Assembly (NCBI GenBank): GCA_017517325.1
Contig: JAFWZW010000013.1
Location: 23,497-87,496 of the forward strand
Origin: Clostridia bacterium
GTDB lineage: Bacteria; Bacillota; Clostridia; Oscillospirales; SIG627
Length of the DNA: 64,000 nucleotides
Direction: 5' to 3'
Both the position numbers and the translations under genes were made by a program. Positions 38,913 to 46,715 of the stretch are shown here, piece after piece (positions within the stretch are counted from its first letter, which is position 1; each line of letters starts with the position of its first letter). A model generated the notes under the pieces. The model worked only from the letters and a program-made list of their open reading frames with translations. It did not search any database and was not told where the DNA came from.

Positions 38913-39518
38913 ATGGAATTGAACGAAAAATTGCAGGAACTCCGAAAGCAAAAAGGACTTACCCAAGAAGAACTTGCAGAGCTTTTGTTTGTATCCAGAA
39001 CGGCAATTTCAAAATGGGAGTCCGGCAGAGGATATCCCAATATTGATTCTCTGAAAGCAATTGCAAAATTCTTCGGGGTAACGGTTGATGAACTGCTGTC
39101 AGGTGATGAATTGCTGACCATAGCTGAAGAAGATACCAAGAGAAAGGAAAATCATTTTCGCGATTTGGTATTCGGACTGCTCGATTGCAGTATTGCCATG
39201 TTTTTCTTTTTGCCGTTCTTTGGGCAGAAAGTAGGTGCGATGATACAAGAAGTCTCTCTTTTATCACTTGCCGAAATTGCACCGTATTTGAGGACGGCCT
39301 ATTTCGTTGTTGTGATCGGAATTATTGCCTTTGGAATATCAACCCTTGCTTTGCAAAATTGCTGTCAAGTTTTTTGGGTGAAGAACAAAAGTAAAATATC
39401 GTTAGCATTAAACGCGGTCGGAGCACTCCTTTTTATCATTGGTTCGCAACCGTATGCAGCTGCGTTTCTGTTCATATTCTTGGTAATAAAGGTGTTAATG
39501 CTTGTAAAATGGCAATGA
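38913..39518 (+). CDS. XRE-family HTH regulator with a C-terminal multi-TM domain
   Basis: LTQEELAELLFVSRTAISKWESGRGYPN HTH, followed by 4 hydrophobic helices. Confidence 0.75.
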   Translation: MELNEKLQELRKQKGLTQEELAELLFVSRTAISKWESGRGYPNIDSLKAIAKFFGVTVDELLSGDELLTIAEEDTKRKENHFRDLVFGLLDCSIAMFFFLPFFGQKVGAMIQEVSLLSLAEIAPYLRTAYFVVVIGIIAFGISTLALQNCCQVFWVKNKSKISLALNAVGALLFIIGSQPYAAAFLFIFLVIKVLMLVKWQ

Positions 39519-39623
39519 TACGAAGCGTATCATCGTTGTGACATCCTGCTTCTTGCGGTTGTTCATACCGGTCCTTTAAAATGTGTTTGGGCGAGAGCCA
39601 AATACAAAGGGTAGGTTGAACAA

Positions 39624-40277
39624 ATGAAAAAAGAGAATCAGAGAAGCTTTTGCATCGCAACGTGTATGCTTTTAGCATTTTTGTTATGGACGGTGGTAAT
39701 CAAGCTTGTAGATGTGGAAGCAATCGGACCACAAGAATCATCTGTTGGCTTTGCAACGATTAACAGGTTCATTCATAACCTTACAGGCGTGCATATGTCT
39801 CTGTATACGATCACGGATTGGTTAGGCTTGGTGCCACTGGTTTTTGTAATGGGGTTTGCATTGCTTGGACTTGTTCAATGGATCAAGAGAAAGCACCTCC
39901 TGAAAGTAGATTACGATATCCTTGTTCTCGGCGGCTTCTGTATCGTTGTGTTGGCGGTATACGTTCTATTTGAAATACTTGTTGTAAATTACAGACCCGT
40001 ATTGATTAACGAAATTTTGGAAGCCTCTTATCCATCGTCAACAACAATGCTCGTAATGTGTGTTATGCCCGTATCTATTATGCAATTTAATGTCCGCATC
40101 AAAAACAATGTCCTCAAACGGTGTGCCGTTTCTGCAATGATCGCTTTTATTGCTTTTATGGTGATTGGAAGATTCCTATCGGGGGTGCATTGGTTTACCG
40201 ATATTATCGGCGGTGCTCTGCTCAGTGCGGGGCTTGTCCTGCTGTATCGCACTATCATTCGTTTGAAAGTTAGATGA
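39624..40277 (+). CDS. PAP2-family membrane phosphatase
   Basis: YPSSTT and GRFLSGVHWFTDIIGG correspond to PAP2 motifs 2 and 3. Multi-TM. Confidence 0.75.
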   Translation: MKKENQRSFCIATCMLLAFLLWTVVIKLVDVEAIGPQESSVGFATINRFIHNLTGVHMSLYTITDWLGLVPLVFVMGFALLGLVQWIKRKHLLKVDYDILVLGGFCIVVLAVYVLFEILVVNYRPVLINEILEASYPSSTTMLVMCVMPVSIMQFNVRIKNNVLKRCAVSAMIAFIAFMVIGRFLSGVHWFTDIIGGALLSAGLVLLYRTIIRLKVR

Positions 40278-40537
40278 AATCCAATTTGGCGGAGGAATGT
40301 AATTTGCTTGATTATTCAGAATTTATTGTCGATGTCATGAAATATGTTGACGCAAAGATAGAAACTCTTAATCCCAAGAGTGTAGATAGATACAGATTAC
40401 ATAACAGAGTCCAAACACAAATAGTAGCAAATGTGAAAAGAATCGCAGGGCTGGAACGTAGTAAAGTGTATAAGGAAATCGACATTATTTTTAATAGTTT
40501 ATTGCGTGAAGAAATTTCAAAAAAAATGCAATCCTAA
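40274..40537 (+). CDS. hypothetical protein
   Basis: ATGA overlap with the PAP2 stop. Composition matches the neighbouring genes. No family recognised. Confidence 0.4.
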   Translation: MKSNLAEECNLLDYSEFIVDVMKYVDAKIETLNPKSVDRYRLHNRVQTQIVANVKRIAGLERSKVYKEIDIIFNSLLREEISKKMQS

Positions 40538-40637
40538 TATGACTGAAAGCAACTGGTTATTAAATGATTTTCACCTAAAAGTTTTTGGAGGTGCGGAATC
40601 CTTTTTTCAAAAAGGTTCCGCATATAAACCAAAATAC

Positions 40638-40665
40638 AAAAAAGAGCCCAAACGGGCTCTTTTTT
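40638..40665. terminator. bidirectional terminator (islet / cotJC boundary)
   Basis: AGAGCCC-AAAC-GGGCTCT with a flanking A6 and T5. Confidence 0.7.
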
Positions 40666-40670
40666 GTTCC

Positions 40671-41279
40671 TTAACAACCGCAGCCTTTGTCAAAGCTGGG
40701 GTTGTAGGCGTAGAAGTTTTTACTGTTCATTCTGTCTTGGGCAATGCGGAGGGCATCACCGAATCTCTGGTAATGCACGATCTCTCTTGCGCGCAGATAC
40801 TTGATGGGATCGCGTACGTCGGGGTCGTCCACCAGTCGCAGAATGTTGTCGTAGGTGACCCTTGCCTTCTGTTCGGCCGCAAGGTCTTCGTTCAGATCTG
40901 CAATGAGATCTCCCTTGACACCGATATATTTCATATCGGTGGGAACGCCGGCGGCAGAAGCGGGGTAAATACCTGCGGTGTGATCCACAAAGTATTGATC
41001 CATTCCCGCCGCGCGGATCTGATCGGGGGAAAGCCCCTTAGTCAGCTGATAGAGAATGGCACCGATCATTTCCAAATGGGCCAACTCCTCCGTGCCAACG
41101 TCGTTAAGAATGCCGATGATCTCACCGTACTTTGCGGTGTATCGCTGGTTCAGGTAACGCATAGCGGCGGCCATTTCGCCGTCTGGTCCGCCAAGCTGGC
41201 TGATAATGATCTTTGCGTAGGCGGCGTTGGGGTTTTTGATCTTTACGGGGTATTGAAGCTTTCTGTCATAGATCCACAT
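40671..41279 (-). CDS. cotJC: manganese-catalase-family spore coat protein CotJC
   Basis: MWIYDRKLQYPVKIKNPNAAYAKII..QLGGPDGEMAAAMRYLNQRY..EELAHLEM. Confidence 0.9.
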   Translation of the reverse strand: MWIYDRKLQYPVKIKNPNAAYAKIIISQLGGPDGEMAAAMRYLNQRYTAKYGEIIGILNDVGTEELAHLEMIGAILYQLTKGLSPDQIRAAGMDQYFVDHTAGIYPASAAGVPTDMKYIGVKGDLIADLNEDLAAEQKARVTYDNILRLVDDPDVRDPIKYLRAREIVHYQRFGDALRIAQDRMNSKNFYAYNPSFDKGCGC

Positions 41280-41281
41280 GG

Positions 41282-41536
41282 TTAATTAGCCTCCTTTTCC
41301 CAGGGCCAGGGAGTGGATACCCACTGCCAGCAGTTCTGATCGTGATTGCCGTAAATGGTGAGAGGCCCACAGGTGCTCTCATACTGTTCTTTCATTTCCT
41401 TCACCTTGTTTCTTTGCTGGCAGTAGTAAGCCAGCGCATCGGGGCAGGTTGGGTGCCCGTTAAGATACAAGGCGGCTTCGTACAGGGCGAAGTCTTCGGC
41501 TTGAATGTCCTTGAGGAAAGCGCTTTCTCTTGTCAT
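41282..41536 (-). CDS. cotJB: spore coat protein CotJB
   Basis: DFALYEAALYLNGHP.C..AL..Y......KE....YE...GPLT pattern. Sits 2 nt upstream of cotJC. Confidence 0.85.
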   Translation of the reverse strand: MTRESAFLKDIQAEDFALYEAALYLNGHPTCPDALAYYCQQRNKVKEMKEQYESTCGPLTIYGNHDQNCWQWVSTPWPWEKEAN

Positions 41537-41539
41537 TTT

Positions 41540-42088
41540 TTATCTCCCGGATGCCAGAAACGGCTTGTTCAGGTCACAGAAGACCGTTCCGTTGCATAGG
41601 CCCTCTCTGGAATTGTAGAGGTTTTCAAAGCTCTGGTGGGGCGAATACACCATAGCAAGGCTTCTGCCGGAAAGGCAAGCGTCTGCCGAAGCGCCCTGTG
41701 CGCAGTTTTGGCATACGGGGGAAGGGCAGCTCTGTCCGCAGTTTCCGCTTTTCCAGGTGGTTTCCGTTGCTGTGCGGAGGGTGTTGCGGTTGCAGCCGCA
41801 GCCTTCCTGCTCTGTGATTCGCTGTGCGGAGCATCCGCAATTGGTGCGAGAATAGTTTCTCCAGCTGTTGTTGCAGCCACAGCTTCCGCCGATACGGGGA
41901 TAGGTTCTCCAGCCGTTGTTGCAGCCGCAGCCTTCGCCGGTGCGGGGATAGGTTCTCCAGCTGTTGTCGCCACAGTCGCAGAGAGCGCGGGCAGGTGTTC
42001 TGGAGACGGCATATCCGCAGTTGGTGCGGGCGTTGCCGCATCCGCAGTTGGTGCGGGTAGTACCGCAGTTGTTGTGTTGATCGTTCAC
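41540..42088 (-). CDS. cotJA: CotJA-family spore coat-associated protein with a long Cys-rich repeat N-terminal extension
   Basis: C-terminal LAMVYSPHQSFENLYNSREGLCNGTVFCDLNKPF is the CotJA core. The N-terminal ~120 aa is low-complexity with NCGCG/CGCNNxWRTYPR repeats. GTG start follows AAGGGAGAG. Confidence 0.75.
   Translation of the reverse strand: MNDQHNNCGTTRTNCGCGNARTNCGYAVSRTPARALCDCGDNSWRTYPRTGEGCGCNNGWRTYPRIGGSCGCNNSWRNYSRTNCGCSAQRITEQEGCGCNRNTLRTATETTWKSGNCGQSCPSPVCQNCAQGASADACLSGRSLAMVYSPHQSFENLYNSREGLCNGTVFCDLNKPFLASGR
41831..41980 (-). repeat. degenerate ~48-nt (16-aa) tandem repeats inside cotJA
   Basis: CDCGDNSWRTYPRTGEG / CGCNNGWRTYPRIGGS / CGCNNSWRNYSRTN / CGC... At DNA level GGATAGGTTCTCCAGCyGTTGT recurs at ~48-nt spacing. 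Confidence 0.85.
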
Positions 42089-42275
42089 GGTGATCTCTCC
42101 CTTGTTTGATTATTTTTCACCCTGATGGGTGAGAGCGTTGCGCTCATGGTCAGTATATGAGAGGGAAATGTACCCGTTCGGGCACCGTTTATTCGAAAAG
42201 TAGAATAATTGTCGTTATGGCAAAAAGAGAGGGAAGAAAGGGAAAATTATTTCGGCGTTTTTCTTCAATTTAAAA

Positions 42276-43007
42276 TTATCCTAATATCACGTCCATCAGC
42301 ATCATCAGAGTAAAGCCGAAAAGAAAGCTTGCGTAACCTGCCCACCCCTCGCCCCCCTCCGAAAGGGCGGGGATCAATTCTACCGCCACTACGTACAGCA
42401 TGGCGCCGGCGGCAAAGGATAAAACGAAGGGGAGAGCAGGGAGGATCAGCGTGGTAAGAAGAATGGCAGAAACAGCGCCGATCGGCTCCACCACGCCGGA
42501 GACCACCCCTTGAAAAAACGCCCGGATTCTTTTTGTTCCCAAAGAGGCAAGGGGCATAGAGATCACGGCACCCTCGGGAAGGTTTTGCAAAGCAATGCCC
42601 AGGGAAAGGGTCAGTGCCGCCGCCATAGAGCCGGAACCTCCCATTGCCGCCGCCAGCGCTACGCCCACTGCCATTCCTTCGGGAATGTTATGAAGAGTAA
42701 CGGCCAAAGCCAAAATGCGCCCTCTGTCCTTGGCGGTCTTGCCCATCCGCTTTTTGTTTTCCAGCAGTACGTCGCCAAGTAAAAATAAAAGATATCCGAT
42801 GGTAAGTCCCGCTCCTGCGGGGAACACACCGCCGGTATCAAGGGCAGGAATAAGCAAGGACCAGACCGCCGCCGCTGTCATTACCCCTGCGGCAAAGCCG
42901 AAAAAGCCTTGCTTTAAAGAACACGCCATCCCACCCCGAAAAAGAAAAACAGCCGCCGCCCCCAGTGCTGTTCCTAAAAAGGGGAGGAGGATCCCGATTA
43001 AAATCAT
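42276..43007 (-). CDS. ZIP-family metal cation transporter (second copy)
   Basis: VTLHNIPEGMAVG and LQNLPEGAV motifs. Paralog of the 15438-16190 gene. Confidence 0.85.
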   Translation of the reverse strand: MILIGILLPFLGTALGAAAVFLFRGGMACSLKQGFFGFAAGVMTAAAVWSLLIPALDTGGVFPAGAGLTIGYLLFLLGDVLLENKKRMGKTAKDRGRILALAVTLHNIPEGMAVGVALAAAMGGSGSMAAALTLSLGIALQNLPEGAVISMPLASLGTKRIRAFFQGVVSGVVEPIGAVSAILLTTLILPALPFVLSFAAGAMLYVVAVELIPALSEGGEGWAGYASFLFGFTLMMLMDVILG

Positions 43008-43162
43008 ATTTTAACTCCTTAATGAAAGAATTGGATTTCTCCACCCATAGTCTATTCGGTGAAATTGCTTTTCGACATTGTTCAAATATCGTAATTTTGG
43101 TGCACAAAATTGTAATTGTTGTTAAAAATTACAAAAGGAAGAACAAAATGTTAAGAAAACTG

Positions 43163-43191
43163 TTGATTTTTATGAAAAACTGCGGTAAAAT
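43163..43191 (+). promoter_or_regulatory. sigma-A-type promoter of the HU gene
   Basis: TTGATT (43163-43168), 17-nt spacer, TAAAAT (43186-43191). Confidence 0.5.
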
Positions 43192-43244
43192 AAGGTATCA
43201 TATTTCATATGTGGTAGATTTTTTTATTTTTGGAGGATTTAAAT

Positions 43245-43520
43245 ATGAACAAGACTGAACTCATCGCAGCTGTTGCTGCCGCTGCAGACGTTTCCAAGAA
43301 GGACGCTGCCGCTGTAATTGACGCTACCATCGCTACCGTTACCAAGGCTCTTGCCGACGGTGACAAGGTTCAACTCATCGGTTTTGGTACCTTCGAAGCT
43401 CGCAAGCGCGCCGCTCGTCAGGGTAAGAACCCCCAGACCGGCAAGGCTATCAAGATCGCTGCTTGCAAGGTTCCCGCTTTCAAGGCAGGCGCTGCTCTGA
43501 AGACCGCTGTCAACAAGTAA
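43245..43520 (+). CDS. hup: HU-family DNA-binding protein
   Basis: [62 protein letters not shown]. Confidence 0.92.
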   Translation: MNKTELIAAVAAAADVSKKDAAAVIDATIATVTKALADGDKVQLIGFGTFEARKRAARQGKNPQTGKAIKIAACKVPAFKAGAALKTAVNK

Positions 43521-43531
43521 TCATCACAAAC

Positions 43532-43570
43532 AAAAGGAACTGTAAAATACTCGTTTTTACAGTTCCTTTT
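43532..43570 (+). terminator. rho-independent terminator of hup
   Basis: AAAAGGAACTGTAAAA / TTTTACAGTTCCTTTT, a 16-bp stem. Confidence 0.8.
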
Positions 43571-43582
43571 AATTTTCCCAAC

Positions 43583-43624
43583 AAAAGGGATTCTTTGGAA
43601 CAACGTCCAAAGAATCCCTTTTTT
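43583..43624. terminator. second hairpin, serving the convergent prsA-like gene
   Basis: AAAAGGGATTCTTTGGA / TCCAAAGAATCCCTTTT with a T-run on both strands. Confidence 0.7.
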
Positions 43625-43662
43625 ATGGGTTTGTGCGGTCTGTGCTTTTTTGCATCCCCTTT

Positions 43663-44712
43663 TTAGTATACGGTTTTGGTGGAGACCATATCCCAATATT
43701 CGCTTTCGGTCACCTTGATCTTTTCCGCACGTTTGCGGATCAGCTCCTGAAAAACACGGTCGTATTCCCCCGGATGCCACTCATCCATGGTATCGCGGTA
43801 GCCGAAGAGGGCAACGTCGCGGTTTTCATCCATTCGTGCCTTTTTCATTTCCATTCTTCGGATCAGGTAAACACCCGTTTGACCCGCCACGGGCTGGCTG
43901 ATCTCACCCGTCTTCAGAGCTTTGGAGGCTTCGTAAAGCACGTCCTCGGCTTGCCCTTGGGTGAAATAATAGCCGTCGGGGGAGGAGAGCATGTTTTCAT
44001 CCTTGCCGTATTTTTCCACAAGGCTCCAGAAATCCGTTCCCCCCTCCGCTTCAAGGCGAATGCTTTCTGCTGCAGCCTTGGTCTTGGGATAGTTTTCTGC
44101 GCTTTCTCCTTCTTCAAAGGGAAGATAGATCTGCTGAACGGCAAGGTAGTTTGCCTCGAAAAAATCGTAAAATTCCTGGTCGCTGTAGGCTTCCTTGCCT
44201 CCCTCTTCAAAAAGCTTGTTGAAGAGCTTGTAGGAAAGGGAAGCGTATTCCATCATATCCTCGTAGTAGTTTTGTGACATATAGGAAGCGTGGAGATCGT
44301 TGATGAAGGCTTCCTCGCTTCCGAATACCGCGGCGGCCTCTTCCATATCTGCTTTGATGGCCTCTTTTTCTTCGCGATTCAGGGTCACTTTGTTTTCCTT
44401 TGCTAAAAAGCGCAGAGCCCAATTATCACGGAGATAACCAAGCACCTCGCTTTTCAGGGAATCCTCGGCGCCCTCTTTTTCAAAATATGAAGAGTCATTC
44501 TCTAAGTGCATATCCCGATAATTCAGGTAAAAATATCGAAATTCATCAAAGGTGACCTCTTGTCGGTCAAAGGTAAGGAAGGTTTCGGGGTAAACGTCAC
44601 CGCTTTCCGTATGAATGCCTCCCAGCTTTTCCCTGACCTCTTCCTCCTTTGCACAGGCAAGGAGGGGAAGGGTCAGAATCAAAGCCAGAAGGAGCGCAAT
44701 ACATCGTTTCAT
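43663..44712 (-). CDS. PrsA/SurA-like peptidyl-prolyl isomerase lipoprotein
   Basis: Signal peptide plus lipobox LPLLACA. Late parvulin-like segment (GEISQPVAGQTGVYLIRR). The ORF track starts at 44736. Confidence 0.65.
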   Translation of the reverse strand: MKRCIALLLALILTLPLLACAKEEEVREKLGGIHTESGDVYPETFLTFDRQEVTFDEFRYFYLNYRDMHLENDSSYFEKEGAEDSLKSEVLGYLRDNWALRFLAKENKVTLNREEKEAIKADMEEAAAVFGSEEAFINDLHASYMSQNYYEDMMEYASLSYKLFNKLFEEGGKEAYSDQEFYDFFEANYLAVQQIYLPFEEGESAENYPKTKAAAESIRLEAEGGTDFWSLVEKYGKDENMLSSPDGYYFTQGQAEDVLYEASKALKTGEISQPVAGQTGVYLIRRMEMKKARMDENRDVALFGYRDTMDEWHPGEYDRVFQELIRKRAEKIKVTESEYWDMVSTKTVY

Positions 44713-44856
44713 ATAGGATCCTTTCGTCTTTTTCATCAGTATATCCGCAGTTTGTGAAGACTGTATGAAAATAAAAAGACTTGTTTTTGTCGTCTAAAGC
44801 ATTATAAAAGGAATGGGGATGAAAATCAAGGCTTTTTTGAGACGTGCCTGTCGTAC

Positions 44857-44885
44857 TTGATTTTTTTGCACCGTTATGGTAAAAT
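44857..44885 (+). promoter_or_regulatory. sigma-A-type promoter of the M23 gene
   Basis: TTGATT (44857-44862), 17-nt spacer, TGn-TAAAAT (44877-44885). Confidence 0.55.
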
Positions 44886-44918
44886 ATAACGAGATTTTGC
44901 TGAAAGGAGGATGCTATC

Positions 44919-46694
44919 GTGGAAAAACGAGATCAAAAGAAGGCATCGGAATCGGCGCCGCAATTCGTTGAAGAGAAAAAGCTTTTTAAGAAAAGAAGCT
45001 TTTCCCGTCAGTATCGCATCTTCCGAAAGGGCGGGCTGGGCATCGCGGATTCCCTTTTTAATACAGTTTATATTATGCTCAGCGAAAAAAGTGTAGAAAA
45101 AGAGAAAAAGCGTCTTTCCGATCGTGGGGAAGAGGTCAGCTCCAAGCAGCTTTTGGAACTTCACGCCCCCTTCCTGCGTGTCTTTTCCTTCTTTGCCGCT
45201 CTGGTGCACGCCATCGGTGCGTTTTTCCGCTCCGTTCTTCGCAAAGGAGATAAAAGCCACGTTCATCATTCCGGGCTTCGTTTCTTAAAAAAACACGGCG
45301 CGGGGCTTCTTGTGGGCTTTCTTGCCCTTGGCGTGGGGCTTTACATCGGCATCACCCTGAGTTTTCCCGTAGTCCTTCAGGCCAAGGTCAGGGGCAAGGT
45401 CATCGCCGTGGTGGAAAACAAGCATATCGTAGACAGTGCCATCAACGAGCTGGAGGATAATGTGGAGATCATCTTGGGGGAAGATTTTCGTTTTCCCTAT
45501 GAAGTGAATTATTCCTTTCATCGCCAGCGGGCGGATCAGGTAACCACCAAGGCGAAGGTCTCCGAGCAGCTTTACGCTCTTGTGGATGATTTCATCTGTA
45601 CCGGCGGTGGGCTCTACGTGGATGACGTTTTGGTAGCAGTCTGCAAGGATGCAAAGGACGTGGAGGAAGGTGTCGCTGATTTTATTTCCCGCCATCACAC
45701 CGGTGTGGAAAGCGGAATTTTCAATGAGATCCGCGTAGTGACCCAGGCCTATCCTACGGAGAGCGTTATCACCTCTGATCAGCTTTCCCAGCTTTTGGAT
45801 GAGATGTCAAAGCCTCTGGAGGAAAGAAAAAAGAATCCCTTGCCGGAAGTAATGCCCGGTGGAGCAGCCTCTGCTCCCGAAGCGGCGCTCCCTGCATCGG
45901 CGCTTCTTTCCGATATTGATTATTTTCCTGAGGAAGAAGTGCTTACCCCCTCCAATCGCCCTCAGTCCATTGATAAGATCAAATTGGATCTTTATACCAC
46001 GCAGGACGTCAGCTATGAAACGGCAGTGCCTTACCAAACGGTTTACGTGGAAAGTGCCGAGCACTATACCTCTATGGCAGACGTGACCACGAGAGGCTCC
46101 GAGGGGCTCTCTCAGGTAACTGCCCGTGTATATTACGTAAACGGAAATGAAGTGAAGCGTGATATTTTGACGGAAAAGGTGATTCGCCCGGCAGTAAATC
46201 GAGTGATCTCTCTCGGTACCAAGGTGTTGCCGGAGGATCAGGGGATCACCTCCTTCGATACGGCTCCGGGCAGGTTCATCGTGCCCCGTGTGGGAATGGT
46301 CTATTCCTACTTTGGTCCCCGTGAGGACGGCAACCATAAAGGGTGGGATATTCCCGGTGACGAGGGGGATAGCCTTTACGCCGCCGCATCGGGAACGGTG
46401 GTGGTGGCCATCGGTCAGGACGGCTCCTTTTCCAATCGTCCCAATCATCTTTACACCGGCTACGGTTATTGCGTGGTCATCGAGCACGACGACGGCTATT
46501 CCACCATGTACGCCCATTGCAATAGAATCAACGTAACCTTGGGGCAAAAGGTGAAGCAGGGTGAAAAAATTGCCGAAGTTGGAAACACCGGCATTTCCGA
46601 GGGAAACCACGTTCATTTTGAGATCGTAAAGAACGAGCGGCATCTGGATCCCGCTTTGTATCTCTATAAAGGAAATAAAACCATCTATCAATAA
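44919..46694 (+). CDS. membrane-anchored M23-family metallopeptidase with a G5-like domain
   Basis: HKGWDI..D..YAAASGTV..YCVVIEHDDGYSTMYAH..GNTGISEGNHVHFEI (M23). TM helix LLVGFLALGVGLYIGITLSF. G5-like stretch before the catalytic domain. AGGAGG RBS and GTG start. Confidence 0.85.
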   Translation: MEKRDQKKASESAPQFVEEKKLFKKRSFSRQYRIFRKGGLGIADSLFNTVYIMLSEKSVEKEKKRLSDRGEEVSSKQLLELHAPFLRVFSFFAALVHAIGAFFRSVLRKGDKSHVHHSGLRFLKKHGAGLLVGFLALGVGLYIGITLSFPVVLQAKVRGKVIAVVENKHIVDSAINELEDNVEIILGEDFRFPYEVNYSFHRQRADQVTTKAKVSEQLYALVDDFICTGGGLYVDDVLVAVCKDAKDVEEGVADFISRHHTGVESGIFNEIRVVTQAYPTESVITSDQLSQLLDEMSKPLEERKKNPLPEVMPGGAASAPEAALPASALLSDIDYFPEEEVLTPSNRPQSIDKIKLDLYTTQDVSYETAVPYQTVYVESAEHYTSMADVTTRGSEGLSQVTARVYYVNGNEVKRDILTEKVIRPAVNRVISLGTKVLPEDQGITSFDTAPGRFIVPRVGMVYSYFGPREDGNHKGWDIPGDEGDSLYAAASGTVVVAIGQDGSFSNRPNHLYTGYGYCVVIEHDDGYSTMYAHCNRINVTLGQKVKQGEKIAEVGNTGISEGNHVHFEIVKNERHLDPALYLYKGNKTIYQ

Positions 46695-46715
46695 AGCAAT
46701 AAAGGATTAAGAATT

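Noticed and set aside
41569-42109. Four additional overlapping ORFs (two per strand) across cotJA
   Set aside because: They arise from the GC-rich codon-periodic repeat, which keeps several frames open. Only the 41540-42088 frame ends in a recognisable CotJA core and sits in operon register with cotJB and cotJC.
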